Source: Gemmatimonadota bacterium
GTDB lineage: Bacteria > Gemmatimonadota > Gemmatimonadetes > Palauibacterales > Palauibacteraceae
Direction: 5' to 3'
Assembly: GCA_046758745.1 (NCBI GenBank)
Contig: JBHIAV010000016.1
Span: 1-53,234, forward strand
DNA: 53,234 nucleotides
Below, in pieces: positions 1 to 8,594 of this stretch. Positions within the stretch are counted from its first letter, which is position 1. The number at the start of each line of letters is the position of its first letter. The notes beneath the pieces are model-generated. The model did not search any database and had not been told where the DNA came from. It saw nothing but the letters and a program-made list of their open reading frames with translations. A program made the position numbers and the translations under genes.

Positions 1-51
1 CTGGCGGAGGAGATCGAGGCGGAGACGGCGCGGTCGCTCGGTCCGGGCTAG
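1..51 (+). CDS. 3' end of an upstream gene (partial)
   Basis: Frame 1 reads LAEEIEAETARSLGPG* with GC3-rich codons, ending TAG at 49-51. Confidence 0.45.
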   Translation: MAEEIEAETARSLGPG

Positions 52-132
52 CGGGCGTACCCTCGGACGAGGGCTCGTGCTGCGAGCTGCCGGCCGTGGG
101 AGGGAGATGGATGCGAGCGGAGGGTGGGCACC

Positions 133-1083
133 ATGAGTCCAGCCGGTCGGCTTTCGCGGTGGGGCTGGCGCCTGGCGCAGGGGCTGGGACTGGTCGCCAC
201 CGCGGCGCTCCTCGGGGGGCTGGCCCGGAGGCCGGAGGCGACGCTGCACCTGGTGTGGAACGGCGTGGTGCCGCTCATCCCCGCCTCGCTGCTGGTGAGC
301 CCCGTCCTGTGGCGCAACTGCTGTCCGCTGGCGACCCTCAACATGCTCTCCAACGGGCTCCTCGGACATCGGCCCGCCGGCGCCCGTTGGACGGCCGGAG
401 CCAACGCGCTCGGAATCGTCCTGCTGGCCAGCCTCGTGCCGGCCCGACGCTTCCTGCTGAACTCCGACGGGATGGCGCTGGCGATCGTCATCGCCGGTCT
501 CGCCGTCCTCGCTCTCTCGCTCGGCGCCGTGTTCGATGCGAAGGCCGGCTTCTGCAACGGCATCTGCCCACTGCTTCCGGTGGAGCGGCTGTACGGCCAG
601 CGGCCGCTACTTCAGGTCGAACGCGTCCGCTGCACGACCTGCACGCAGTGCGCGACGGCGTGCCTCGACCTTGCGCCGTCCAAGTCGATCCCCCAGGTGC
701 TCGGCCGGGCTCGTCACTCGGAGGCGTGGCTCAAGACACCCTTCGGCGTCTTCGCGGGCGCCTTCCCCGGACTCGTTCTCGCTTACTTCACCGCCTCTGA
801 CTCGCCTCTCTCGGCGGCGGGGGACATCTACCTGCGGGTCCTCCTCTTCTCCGCCGCGAGCTACCTGATCGTCTTCGTCCCCGTATCCGCGCGCGGTCTG
901 TCGGCGGCGCGCGTTCTTCCCGTGCTCGCCGCGCTGGCCGGCGCCATGTACTACTGGTTCGCCGCCCCCGGACTCGCCGAGGCGTGGGGCTTCCCGGGTG
1001 AGGCGGCAGGTCTGCTGGCGAGGACGGCGGCGCTGGGACTGATCGCGGCTTGGGGGTGGCACGCGGTGAGGTATTCGCCGTGA
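133..1083 (+). CDS. 4Fe-4S-binding polyferredoxin-like membrane protein
   Basis: Many hydrophobic helices with WRNCCPL and FCNGICPL motifs and a CTTCTQCATAC ferredoxin-like motif; ATG at 133 follows GGAGGG (GTG at 124 is an alternative). Confidence 0.75.
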   Translation: MSPAGRLSRWGWRLAQGLGLVATAALLGGLARRPEATLHLVWNGVVPLIPASLLVSPVLWRNCCPLATLNMLSNGLLGHRPAGARWTAGANALGIVLLASLVPARRFLLNSDGMALAIVIAGLAVLALSLGAVFDAKAGFCNGICPLLPVERLYGQRPLLQVERVRCTTCTQCATACLDLAPSKSIPQVLGRARHSEAWLKTPFGVFAGAFPGLVLAYFTASDSPLSAAGDIYLRVLLFSAASYLIVFVPVSARGLSAARVLPVLAALAGAMYYWFAAPGLAEAWGFPGEAAGLLARTAALGLIAAWGWHAVRYSP

Positions 1084-1087
1084 TGCG

Positions 1088-1615
1088 TTACCCGCCCGCA
1101 GGGGCGGCGCTCGCCTCCCGTTTCCAGAGGAGCAGCACGAGGAAGACGAGGAAGATCCGGATCGGAAGCGGAAGCTCCTCCGGGAACTCGGCGACCGCTA
1201 CCCGACGGAGCACGCTCTCGGGACGCATGGAGCCGACCCGCCGCTCCCCCTGCAGGAGGACGAACTCGCGCCGGAATGGCGACGCGGCCTTCAGGGTGTA
1301 GCGCCGCTCGCCCGCCGTGACCCGGAAGATTCGGCGGAGTGCGCTCAGCTTCTCTGCACGGGCCAGGACTCGCCCCTCCGTCTCGAGTACGAAGGGGCCG
1401 AGCAGCCCGTCCCGGTACAGGTCGAACACGCCGCCGGCGAGCCGGAAATGACCACGCTCACGCACCCACGCCCGGTCGAGGAGGGCGATCTCCCGCTCTC
1501 CCTCGAAGATGCGGAAGTCCCACGAGAACCACCCGCCCGGAACGGCCTTCAGCACGCTCGAGGAAGCGGACGGGTTCCGGTCCCGGATCGTCCCGAGAGG
1601 CAAGGGACGGGACAC
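1088..1615 (-). CDS. hypothetical protein, possibly LURP-one/tubby-like beta-barrel
   Basis: Beta-rich run (GWFSWDFRIFEG...) ending in a hydrophobic helix; GTG at 1615 follows GAGGGG, GTG at 1555 is an alternative. Confidence 0.55.
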   Translation of the reverse strand: MSRPLPLGTIRDRNPSASSSVLKAVPGGWFSWDFRIFEGEREIALLDRAWVRERGHFRLAGGVFDLYRDGLLGPFVLETEGRVLARAEKLSALRRIFRVTAGERRYTLKAASPFRREFVLLQGERRVGSMRPESVLRRVAVAEFPEELPLPIRIFLVFLVLLLWKREASAAPAGG

Positions 1616-1631
1616 CAGGGCGATCCCCTCG

Positions 1632-2540
1632 CTATTTCGACGTGAGGTAGCCGACCATCTTGTACGCCAGCTTGGCGACCAACATGTCCGAGGCCGCCGC
1701 GCCGCGGCGCGGCGCGAGCTCCACGATGTCCGCCCCAACGACGTTCCGCTCGCGGAACACGGCGCGCAGCAGGTCGAGCGCCTGCCACCAGCTTCCTCCG
1801 CCGGGCTCCGGCGCCCCGGTGGCAGGCACGAGCGCCGGATCGAAGAAATCCACGTCGAAGGTCAGATAGACGTTCTCGCCGAGGCCGCCCAGGGCGTGCT
1901 CCACCCAGCCGTCCTCGCGCATCTGGTGAGCGAAGATCGTCACCAGCCCGCGCTCCCGGATCACCTTTCGCTCCTCGGCGGTGAGCGCCCGGATCCCAAC
2001 GGAGACGATTCGATCCGTGCGCTCCAGGATCCGACGCATGACGGCCGCGTGGCTCCACGGAGTGCCGCGATAGCTCTCCCGTAGATCCGAGTGCGCGTCG
2101 AGGTGAAGGATCGAAAGATCTCCCTTCAGCCGCTCCGCCCACGCCCACGCCGGCGCGCTGCTGATCGAGTGCTCACCGCCGAGCCCGATCACGAAACGTT
2201 CGCCCGCCGCCTCGAGGAGCTCGTCGTACAGGCGCCTGAGCTGGGCGACCGCGGCCTGGGGGCCCTCCGCCGTCAGCTCGATCGCCGGCAGCGTGCAGAT
2301 CCCGTGCGAGTAGGGCTCGGCATCCATCTCCTCATCGTAAAGCTCGACGTAGCGTGACGCCTCGAGGATCGCGTCGGGCCCGAAGCGAGTCCCCGTGCCC
2401 CACGAGACGGTGGCCTCATACGGGATCGGGAGCACCACGGCACGCGAGTCCGCCCAGCGCGAGACGGCGGGATCGAGACCGAGGAAGTTCTTGGCCGCCG
2501 CCCAGGGATGTCCGGCGAGTGAAGCCGGGATGTCGCTCAT
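1632..2540 (-). CDS. speB: agmatinase
   Basis: Ureohydrolase motifs GGEHSIS, DAHSD, SHA, DVDFFDP, PEPGG; ATGA overlap with pdaD stop. Confidence 0.93.
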   Translation of the reverse strand: MSDIPASLAGHPWAAAKNFLGLDPAVSRWADSRAVVLPIPYEATVSWGTGTRFGPDAILEASRYVELYDEEMDAEPYSHGICTLPAIELTAEGPQAAVAQLRRLYDELLEAAGERFVIGLGGEHSISSAPAWAWAERLKGDLSILHLDAHSDLRESYRGTPWSHAAVMRRILERTDRIVSVGIRALTAEERKVIRERGLVTIFAHQMREDGWVEHALGGLGENVYLTFDVDFFDPALVPATGAPEPGGGSWWQALDLLRAVFRERNVVGADIVELAPRRGAAASDMLVAKLAYKMVGYLTSK

Positions 2541-3100
2541 GCGCAGAAGAGCGCCGCCGCGATCACCGTCGCCCACCGGCCGTCCAGCGGCCCCTCGACG
2601 GCGCATGTGATGTTGGTGGTGCGGACGATCTTGCCGGAGAGGCGCCACTCCTCCCGCTGCTCATCCCACGCCGCGTCAGGATCGAAGGGGAGGCCCAGGA
2701 TCGTGGCGAGCATGCTGGCGGCGAGGTCCTCGGCGTAATTGCCGGCATGTTCCTCCGTCTCTCCGTACGCGTGGTGCTCGGAGAGGTACCCGAACTGGCC
2801 GGGGTCCTTCGGGATGGCGAGCCCGATGCTGGAGGCGATGAGGCGGCTTGGTTCGTTCGTGTCGGCGCGCGCCATCACCGAGAACACGATCTGGCCGGGC
2901 TGGAGGAGCCCGACTCCCCGATCCCGCTCGATGAGCTGGCATCCGGCGGGAAAGATCGACGACACGTTGACCAGGTTGTACTTCGCGATGCGCGCGTCGC
3001 GAAGCGCCATCTCGAAGGAGCTCAGCCGCTCCCGATGGACCCCGATCCCCGAGGTGAGGAAACACTTCGTCGGTACGAGGCTGGCGGAAGTGAACGCCAC
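2537..3100 (-). CDS. pdaD: pyruvoyl-dependent arginine decarboxylase
   Basis: LSSFEMALRDA, YNLVNVSSIFP (Ser-Ser self-cleavage site), GYLSEHH; next to agmatinase. Confidence 0.92.
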   Translation of the reverse strand: MAFTSASLVPTKCFLTSGIGVHRERLSSFEMALRDARIAKYNLVNVSSIFPAGCQLIERDRGVGLLQPGQIVFSVMARADTNEPSRLIASSIGLAIPKDPGQFGYLSEHHAYGETEEHAGNYAEDLAASMLATILGLPFDPDAAWDEQREEWRLSGKIVRTTNITCAVEGPLDGRWATVIAAALFCA

Positions 3101-3121
3101 GGCTGCCTCCGGTAAGGAAAT

Positions 3122-3147
3122 CCCCTGGGATGGCGGGCCGCCAGGGG
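3122..3147 (-). terminator. hairpin between fur/perR and pdaD (possible weak terminator)
   Basis: CCCCTGG-N12-CCAGGGG stem followed on the minus strand by ATTTCCTT. Confidence 0.3.
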
Positions 3148-3148
3148 C

Positions 3149-3598
3149 TCAGTTGCGGCAGCCCGAGCAGGTTCCGACGAGCACCAGCTCGTAGTCTCGG
3201 ATCTCGAAGCCGGAGCGCGCTTCCACCGATCGAAGGTAGTCGCGCATGTCGAGATCGTCGACGTCGACTACCCTCCCGCAACCGAGACAGGTCAGGTGGT
3301 GGTGCGCGTCGGTGCGGCAGTCGTACCGCGCGGGTCCATCGCCGTGGTTGAGCTTGACGGCGACGCCCGAGCCTACGAAGGCTTCGAGCGCCTTGTACAC
3401 CGTCGCCAAGCTGATGTCGGGGATCTCCCGGCGCACGGCGGTGAACAGCTCGTCCGCGGTGGGGTGCGCGGACGAGGCGTCCAGCGCCCGGAACACGGCC
3501 GCTCGCTGTGGCGTGAACCTGTGCCCCGCAGCCTCCAGGGCCGTTCGGAGGTCCTGTTCCCTGGAGCGGCGGGTCGGCCGATGGCTGAGTTCCTCCAC
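3149..3598 (-). CDS. Fur-family transcriptional repressor, PerR-like
   Basis: TPQR, HPTADE, ISLATVYKAL, RYD, HHHLTCLGCG and C-terminal CSGC. Confidence 0.92.
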   Translation of the reverse strand: MEELSHRPTRRSREQDLRTALEAAGHRFTPQRAAVFRALDASSAHPTADELFTAVRREIPDISLATVYKALEAFVGSGVAVKLNHGDGPARYDCRTDAHHHLTCLGCGRVVDVDDLDMRDYLRSVEARSGFEIRDYELVLVGTCSGCRN

Positions 3599-3664
3599 TA
3601 CACCCGCATCGACTGATCGAGTGGGCGCCCCCGCCCGCCGGGCGCGGAGCAGCGGACGGCGCGG

Positions 3665-3693
3665 AAGCTAACGGCGTCTCACCGCGCGATCAA
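3665..3693 (-). promoter_or_regulatory. sigma70-like promoter for the fur/perR gene
   Basis: Minus strand TTGATC-N17-TAGCTT, about 67 nt upstream of the start. Confidence 0.5.
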
Positions 3694-3730
3694 TCTGGCG
3701 GGGCGCTTCGACCGGTCGAAGCGACCAGGA

Positions 3731-4177
3731 TCACTCCAGCGCAGCCTCCACCTCGATCAGTGTCGTCCAGCTCGCCTCGCAGCCCCCAATGGCGAAGTGA
3801 AGGGGCTCGCGATCGTCTCCCAGCCGTCTGCGGAACCCCTCGACCAAGCGGTCAAGCCGGTCGGCGGGCACGCTCCCGTGCTCCACGATCTCCTGCTCGG
3901 CCGGCGATCGGTGCGCGTCGCCCCTTCCGTTCCCGTTCTGCGAGCCGCCCACGGGCAAACGCGCCGAGTAAACGCGGAGCGCTTCCTCCCCGTTCAGTCG
4001 TGTGAGGAGAAAGAACTCCGAGGAGCCCTCGAGATCGGCGAGCGGCGGGAAGATCCACAGGTCCGCGATCTCGACCGGCGGGATCTCTCGCGTGAGGTGC
4101 CGGAGCCGCGCCGCCACCGCGGCGGGCAAGCGGCCGCTGGGTGTGCTCTGGTGCGTCCCGTCTCCGTTCGCGTCCAT
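3731..4177 (-). CDS. hypothetical protein
   Basis: ATG after GAGGAGG; globular-looking sequence (IADLWIFPPL...EFFLLT...IVEHGSVP). Confidence 0.7.
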   Translation of the reverse strand: MDANGDGTHQSTPSGRLPAAVAARLRHLTREIPPVEIADLWIFPPLADLEGSSEFFLLTRLNGEEALRVYSARLPVGGSQNGNGRGDAHRSPAEQEIVEHGSVPADRLDRLVEGFRRRLGDDREPLHFAIGGCEASWTTLIEVEAALE

Positions 4178-4251
4178 TCCCTCCTCGCAGCTACGAGCGG
4201 TGCGGGTTTGGTTCCGCCGGAACTCGGCGGTGGACGGACGGGACAAATAAC

Positions 4252-4281
4252 AACTTACGATGATCCGTCGCGTTCGATCAA
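4252..4281 (-). promoter_or_regulatory. sigma70-like promoter
   Basis: Minus strand TTGATC-N18-TAAGTT in an AT-rich patch, overlapping the nrnA stop. Confidence 0.5.
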
Positions 4282-5276
4282 GGGCTCCGCGCCGGCGGCG
4301 CGTCTGGGGTCTGACCGCCCCGGAGCGCCCGGTCCAGGACAGGGAGCAGCTCCGCCACGGCCTCGGTGAGCGGAAGGGCGATCAGCAGACCGGCCGCCTT
4401 TACGTGTCCGCCCCCGCCGAAGGAGCGGGCGATGTGGGCAACGTCGACGTCGCCATTCGAGCGAAGCGACACCTTCGTCCTGCGATCCGGGAGCTCCCGG
4501 ACCAGCATCGCGACCTCGACCCCCTGGATCTGGCGCGCGTACTCGATGATCCCCTCCATGTCCTCCGTCCCGGTGCCGCAATCTCTCAGGTCCGACTCCC
4601 GCAAGGCGATCCACGCAAGCGGGAGCTCGGGGTGTACATGCAGCGAGGAGAGGGCACGCTGCATGAGGCGAAGCCGACCGGGGGTCACCTGCCCGAACAG
4701 ACGCCGGTACATCTCGCCCGGGTCCACGCCAGCTCGGAGGAGCTCGGCCACGATCTCGTGTGTCCGGGGGCTCGTGTTCGAGAACCGAAAAGAGCCGGTG
4801 TCGGTGACGAGCGCTACGTAGAGGCCCCGCGCCTCGGCCTCGGTGAGGGTACCCCCGTCGGCCGTGATCAGGTCGTACACGAGCTCTCCGGTGGCGCAGG
4901 CCGACGGGTCCTGCACGGCCGGGTCTCCGATCTGTGATGCCGTGGGGGGGTGATGGTCCAGCACCGCCACCCGCTTCCCCTCGAGTGCGGGGAGGATCCC
5001 ACCCAGCCGGCTCGGCTCCGCGGTGTCGAGGACCAGCACGAGCCCCGCCTCCCTGAGGGCGATGCGACCCGCTTCATCGCCGGGCGTGAACGCGTCGATT
5101 CGGTCGAGCAGGAAGCGGAAGCTGTCAGGAAACGGGGTGGGATTGACGATGGTGGCGCGGATCCGCTGACGGCTCACGTAATGCGCCACCGCGGTCTCGG
5201 AGCCGGCCCCATCGCCGTCCGCGTTCACGTGCGTGGTGAGGACGACCCGCTCCGCGGCGCGGAGTGCCAGCCGCAC
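4278..5276 (-). CDS. nrnA: DHH/DHHA1 oligoribonuclease / pAp phosphatase NrnA
   Basis: HVNADGD, DHH, TDTGSFRFSNT, KVSLRS, GGGHVKAAG. The start may lie upstream at ATC 5318. Confidence 0.9.
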   Translation of the reverse strand: MRLALRAAERVVLTTHVNADGDGAGSETAVAHYVSRQRIRATIVNPTPFPDSFRFLLDRIDAFTPGDEAGRIALREAGLVLVLDTAEPSRLGGILPALEGKRVAVLDHHPPTASQIGDPAVQDPSACATGELVYDLITADGGTLTEAEARGLYVALVTDTGSFRFSNTSPRTHEIVAELLRAGVDPGEMYRRLFGQVTPGRLRLMQRALSSLHVHPELPLAWIALRESDLRDCGTGTEDMEGIIEYARQIQGVEVAMLVRELPDRRTKVSLRSNGDVDVAHIARSFGGGGHVKAAGLLIALPLTEAVAELLPVLDRALRGGQTPDAPPARSP

Positions 5277-5329
5277 GCGGTGCAGGCCCTCGCGTCGCGA
5301 GAGCTCAGGAGCTTCGATCGGTGGCCCCT

Positions 5330-5470
5330 CTACTCCGCCGACCCCGAGTCATCTCCGGCCGGACCACCTTTCAGAATGCGGGTCAAGCAGTACAGCATCA
5401 GTGATGTGACGCTGACCATGCTAACGAGCATGAAGGCCAGCGCAAAGGGCGTCAGCGCGGATTCGCTCAT
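5330..5470 (-). CDS. 46-aa single-TM protein, candidate NSS transporter small subunit
   Basis: MSESALTPFALAFMLVSMVSVTSLMLYCLTRILKGG...; GAGGAAGG RBS; directly downstream of the NSS gene. Confidence 0.75.
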   Translation of the reverse strand: MSESALTPFALAFMLVSMVSVTSLMLYCLTRILKGGPAGDDSGSAE

Positions 5471-5493
5471 TTGCCTTCCTCGCCTGGAGCGGC

Positions 5494-7161
5494 TCAGCTC
5501 GCGGTGGATGGGATGGCCTCCCGGATGGCGGCACCACACGAGAAACACCTCTCGTGGTCGTCCCGGTTGCGGACTCCACAGGCGGGGCACGCCACTCCCA
5601 CCATCTGGCCGACCGTCTCCCTTCCCGTCCACGCCCGCCGAATCAGGTAGAGGCCGGCCGCCAGCATCAGCAGCATGGCAACCCGGCTCCACCATCGGTA
5701 CGAGATCTCCGCCGGGTCCACCCCGTCCATGAGGAGCGTGGGAACGGCCTCCGTAACAGCCCACCAACCGAGGAGCATGAAGAGGAAGGCCGGCGTCACC
5801 CACTTCATGATCGGCTTGAAGAAGATCGGGATCCTGAGGTCCGCCCCGTGGTGCATCTCCCTCCAGCCGCGATCGATCCCGAATACGTAGGAGAAGAGCA
5901 CGATCTCGATCGCAGCGAAGATGACCAGGCCGAAGGTGCCGGCCCAGTAGTCCCATTCGGCCAGGAAGCCGCGCTGGTAGAAGACCACATGCAGGAAGCC
6001 GAGCGAGAACGCCGCTGCCATCACCGCCATGACCGCCCGCCGTCGTCGGACGTTGAACTCCTCCTGGATGAAGGCGATCGCCGGACTCGCCAGCGCCACG
6101 CTGGAAGTGATCCCCGCGATGAAGAGGAGGAAGAACCAGAGGAAGCCGGCCAGCTGCCCCCACATGGCCGGACCCGGAAGCCCCTGGAAGACGACCCCCA
6201 TGGCGACGATGCCGAGATCGAACGTGCCGCCCTTCGCGATCTCCTGCGCGCCGCCGACCCCGAAGAAGACCACAGCGGCGGGGATGGCGATGGTCCCGCC
6301 GAGCACCACCTCGGCGAACTCGTTCGTGGCGCCGGTGGAGAGCCCGGTGAGGGTGATGTCATCCCTCTCGGAAAGATACGATGAGTAGGTGTGGATCGTC
6401 CCCATCCCGAGGGAGAGGGTGAAAAACATCTGCCCGGCCGCAGCGAGCCACACCTTCGGGTCGCCGAGGCTCGTCCACTCCGGGTTCCATACGAAGTTCA
6501 GCCCCTGAGAGACCGACCCCTGGCCCGCCGGCAGCGTGAGCACACGCCCCATGAGGAGGAAGGCGAAGAGGAAGAGGATCGGCATGCCGATCAGCGCCAG
6601 CTTCTCGATACCGCCGCTGATCCCACGGGACAGCACCCAGCCGAGAAACGAGATCGTGATGAGGAAGAAGAGTAGCGCGAGCCAGCCGCCGTGCGTCGAG
6701 GAGTCGAAGATGTTCTGGTATGAGGCGAGGTAGGTCCGCATCTGCTCCACGTCGCCGAGCCCGAAATAGTTCCCCGTGAGGCTGAAGAAGCTGAATCCGA
6801 GCATCCACGACACCACATAGGTATAGTAGATGAAGACGACGAGAGGCATGATGATGCCGAGCACGCCCACGTACTTGGCCCATCGCTTCTTCCGGTCCGT
6901 GAGGGCGTCGAACATGCCCGGGATCGTCCCGTGGCCGAAGCGGCCCCCGAACCTCCCGATCCCCCACTCGATCCACATGAGCGGGATCCCGAGTAGAATG
7001 AAGGAGATGAAGTAGGGGATCATGAAGGTGCCGCCGCCGTTCTGAGCAGCCTGCACCGGGAAGCGTAGGAAGTTGCCGAGGCCGACCGCGTTCCCCGCCA
7101 TGGCCAGGATGAGGCCGATCCGGGTCGCCCATCGCTCCTGCGCGTGTCGCTCCAGCGTCAC
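5494..7161 (-). CDS. sodium-dependent transporter (NSS/SLC6, LeuT-like) with C-terminal Zn ribbon
   Basis: AGNAVGLGNFLRFP, GGGTFMIPY, GQMFFTLSLG, AGITSS; tail CPACG...CFSCG; GTG start after AAGGAGG. Confidence 0.93.
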   Translation of the reverse strand: MTLERHAQERWATRIGLILAMAGNAVGLGNFLRFPVQAAQNGGGTFMIPYFISFILLGIPLMWIEWGIGRFGGRFGHGTIPGMFDALTDRKKRWAKYVGVLGIIMPLVVFIYYTYVVSWMLGFSFFSLTGNYFGLGDVEQMRTYLASYQNIFDSSTHGGWLALLFFLITISFLGWVLSRGISGGIEKLALIGMPILFLFAFLLMGRVLTLPAGQGSVSQGLNFVWNPEWTSLGDPKVWLAAAGQMFFTLSLGMGTIHTYSSYLSERDDITLTGLSTGATNEFAEVVLGGTIAIPAAVVFFGVGGAQEIAKGGTFDLGIVAMGVVFQGLPGPAMWGQLAGFLWFFLLFIAGITSSVALASPAIAFIQEEFNVRRRRAVMAVMAAAFSLGFLHVVFYQRGFLAEWDYWAGTFGLVIFAAIEIVLFSYVFGIDRGWREMHHGADLRIPIFFKPIMKWVTPAFLFMLLGWWAVTEAVPTLLMDGVDPAEISYRWWSRVAMLLMLAAGLYLIRRAWTGRETVGQMVGVACPACGVRNRDDHERCFSCGAAIREAIPSTAS

Positions 7162-7222
7162 TCGTCATCCTCCTTCTCAGCCCTGCCGGGGCTACACGCG
7201 GCGCCCCGCCTCGTGCGGCTCC

Positions 7223-7252
7223 ACGCTACCGCGCGCGCCGGAAGCCTGTCAA
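7223..7252 (-). promoter_or_regulatory. sigma70-like promoter of the NSS gene
   Basis: Minus strand TTGACA-N18-TAGCGT. Confidence 0.55.
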
Positions 7253-7322
7253 GAAAACGCCGTGCCCAGTCGGGTCTCCCTCGGACGTGGACGGGTGTCT
7301 CGCGGCGCCGGGCGGCGCGCAC

Positions 7323-8594
7323 TCAGCCGGGCAGTGGGATCCGCTTCCGGATCCTGGCCCAGATCGACCCGACGTGAACCCAGCGGCTCGAGACGGACCC
7401 CTCGATCACACCGCGGCGCAGCGCCATCAGGAACCCGGCCGCTCCATCGAACGCCGGGGCACGCACGCGAGCCCGGCCGATCTCGCTCAGGAGGTGGGCG
7501 TCACTCCCCGCTCCCAAGGGAAGCGACCGCTCTCGTGCCCAATCCCTCGCGCGCATGTTGCGCCTCGGGTCGTGGAGTCGAGCGTTCAAGCCCTCCACGG
7601 CATCCACACAGTCTTCCACGCCGGCGAGGAATTCCTCCGTGGCGCCGCGGTACGCGTCGAACGGGTGCGGGAGATAGACCACCCCGCCCTGGGCGCGGAT
7701 CTCGTCGGCTACCTCTCGAAACGATCCGCCGGACGGAATGTGACGGGAGAGGAAGAGACCGACGAGGTCGTGCCCCTCCGCGGTCCCGACCTCCTCTCCC
7801 ACGATCACGAGCTCCGGATCCAACTCCTTCGCCTCCCAGGCCCCCGTGATCTCGTCGTGGTCGGTGATGGCGATCCGGTCGAGCCCGACCTCGCGAGCCC
7901 GGCGAACCACGTCGGCCGGCCGGCTGAGGCAGTCGTGGGAGTGGTCGGTGTGCATGTGGAGATCCATCGTCCACTTCCCCGCCGCATCGAGGCGTCCGGC
8001 CAGCGCGTCGATCTCCTCCCACACGGCCCTCGCCCGGGCTTCCAGCTCCGCCGGCGTCCCCTCGTTTACGATGAGGAAGTCGGCCAGCTGTCTCTTTCGC
8101 TCCGCCGGCCACTGCGCGGCCTCAATGCGAGCGAACTCGTCGGTCGACACGCCGCGCTCCGCGCCGACGCGACGGCGGCGCTCCTCGCGGGGCGCGTCCA
8201 CCACCACCACCGCGTCGCACGTCTTCTCCAGCCGCTTCTCGAACAGGAGTGGGCTCTCGACCACGGCGACGGCGGTGCCCTGTCGCTCGGCCTCGGCCAC
8301 CCGATCGCGACGCAGGCGCTCGACGATCGGGTGGACGATCTGCTCGAGCCGCTCCCGCGCTGCGGGGTCGTCGAAGGCGATGCGCCGCATGGCGTCCCGG
8401 TCCAGCTCGCCCGCCTCCGTGATCACGCCCTCTCCAAACGTCCGCCGGATGCGCTCGAGTCCGGGACTCCCCGGGCGCACCGCCTCCCGGGCGAGTTCGT
8501 CCGCGTCGATGCGTAGCCCCCCCCACCGCTCGAAGTGCCGGGCCACCGTGCTCTTTCCGGAGCCGAAGGTGCCGGTGAGGCCCACGACGATCAC
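7323..8594 (-). CDS. coaE: dephospho-CoA kinase fused to a PHP-family phosphoesterase
   Basis: N-terminal VGLTGTFGSGKST, DAD, LEQIVHP, ESPLLFE; C-terminal DLHMHT, AITDHD, GEEV, HPFD, GSDAH; one uninterrupted frame; GTGA overlap with the upstream DHH gene. Confidence 0.88.
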   Translation of the reverse strand: MIVVGLTGTFGSGKSTVARHFERWGGLRIDADELAREAVRPGSPGLERIRRTFGEGVITEAGELDRDAMRRIAFDDPAARERLEQIVHPIVERLRRDRVAEAERQGTAVAVVESPLLFEKRLEKTCDAVVVVDAPREERRRRVGAERGVSTDEFARIEAAQWPAERKRQLADFLIVNEGTPAELEARARAVWEEIDALAGRLDAAGKWTMDLHMHTDHSHDCLSRPADVVRRAREVGLDRIAITDHDEITGAWEAKELDPELVIVGEEVGTAEGHDLVGLFLSRHIPSGGSFREVADEIRAQGGVVYLPHPFDAYRGATEEFLAGVEDCVDAVEGLNARLHDPRRNMRARDWARERSLPLGAGSDAHLLSEIGRARVRAPAFDGAAGFLMALRRGVIEGSVSSRWVHVGSIWARIRKRIPLPG

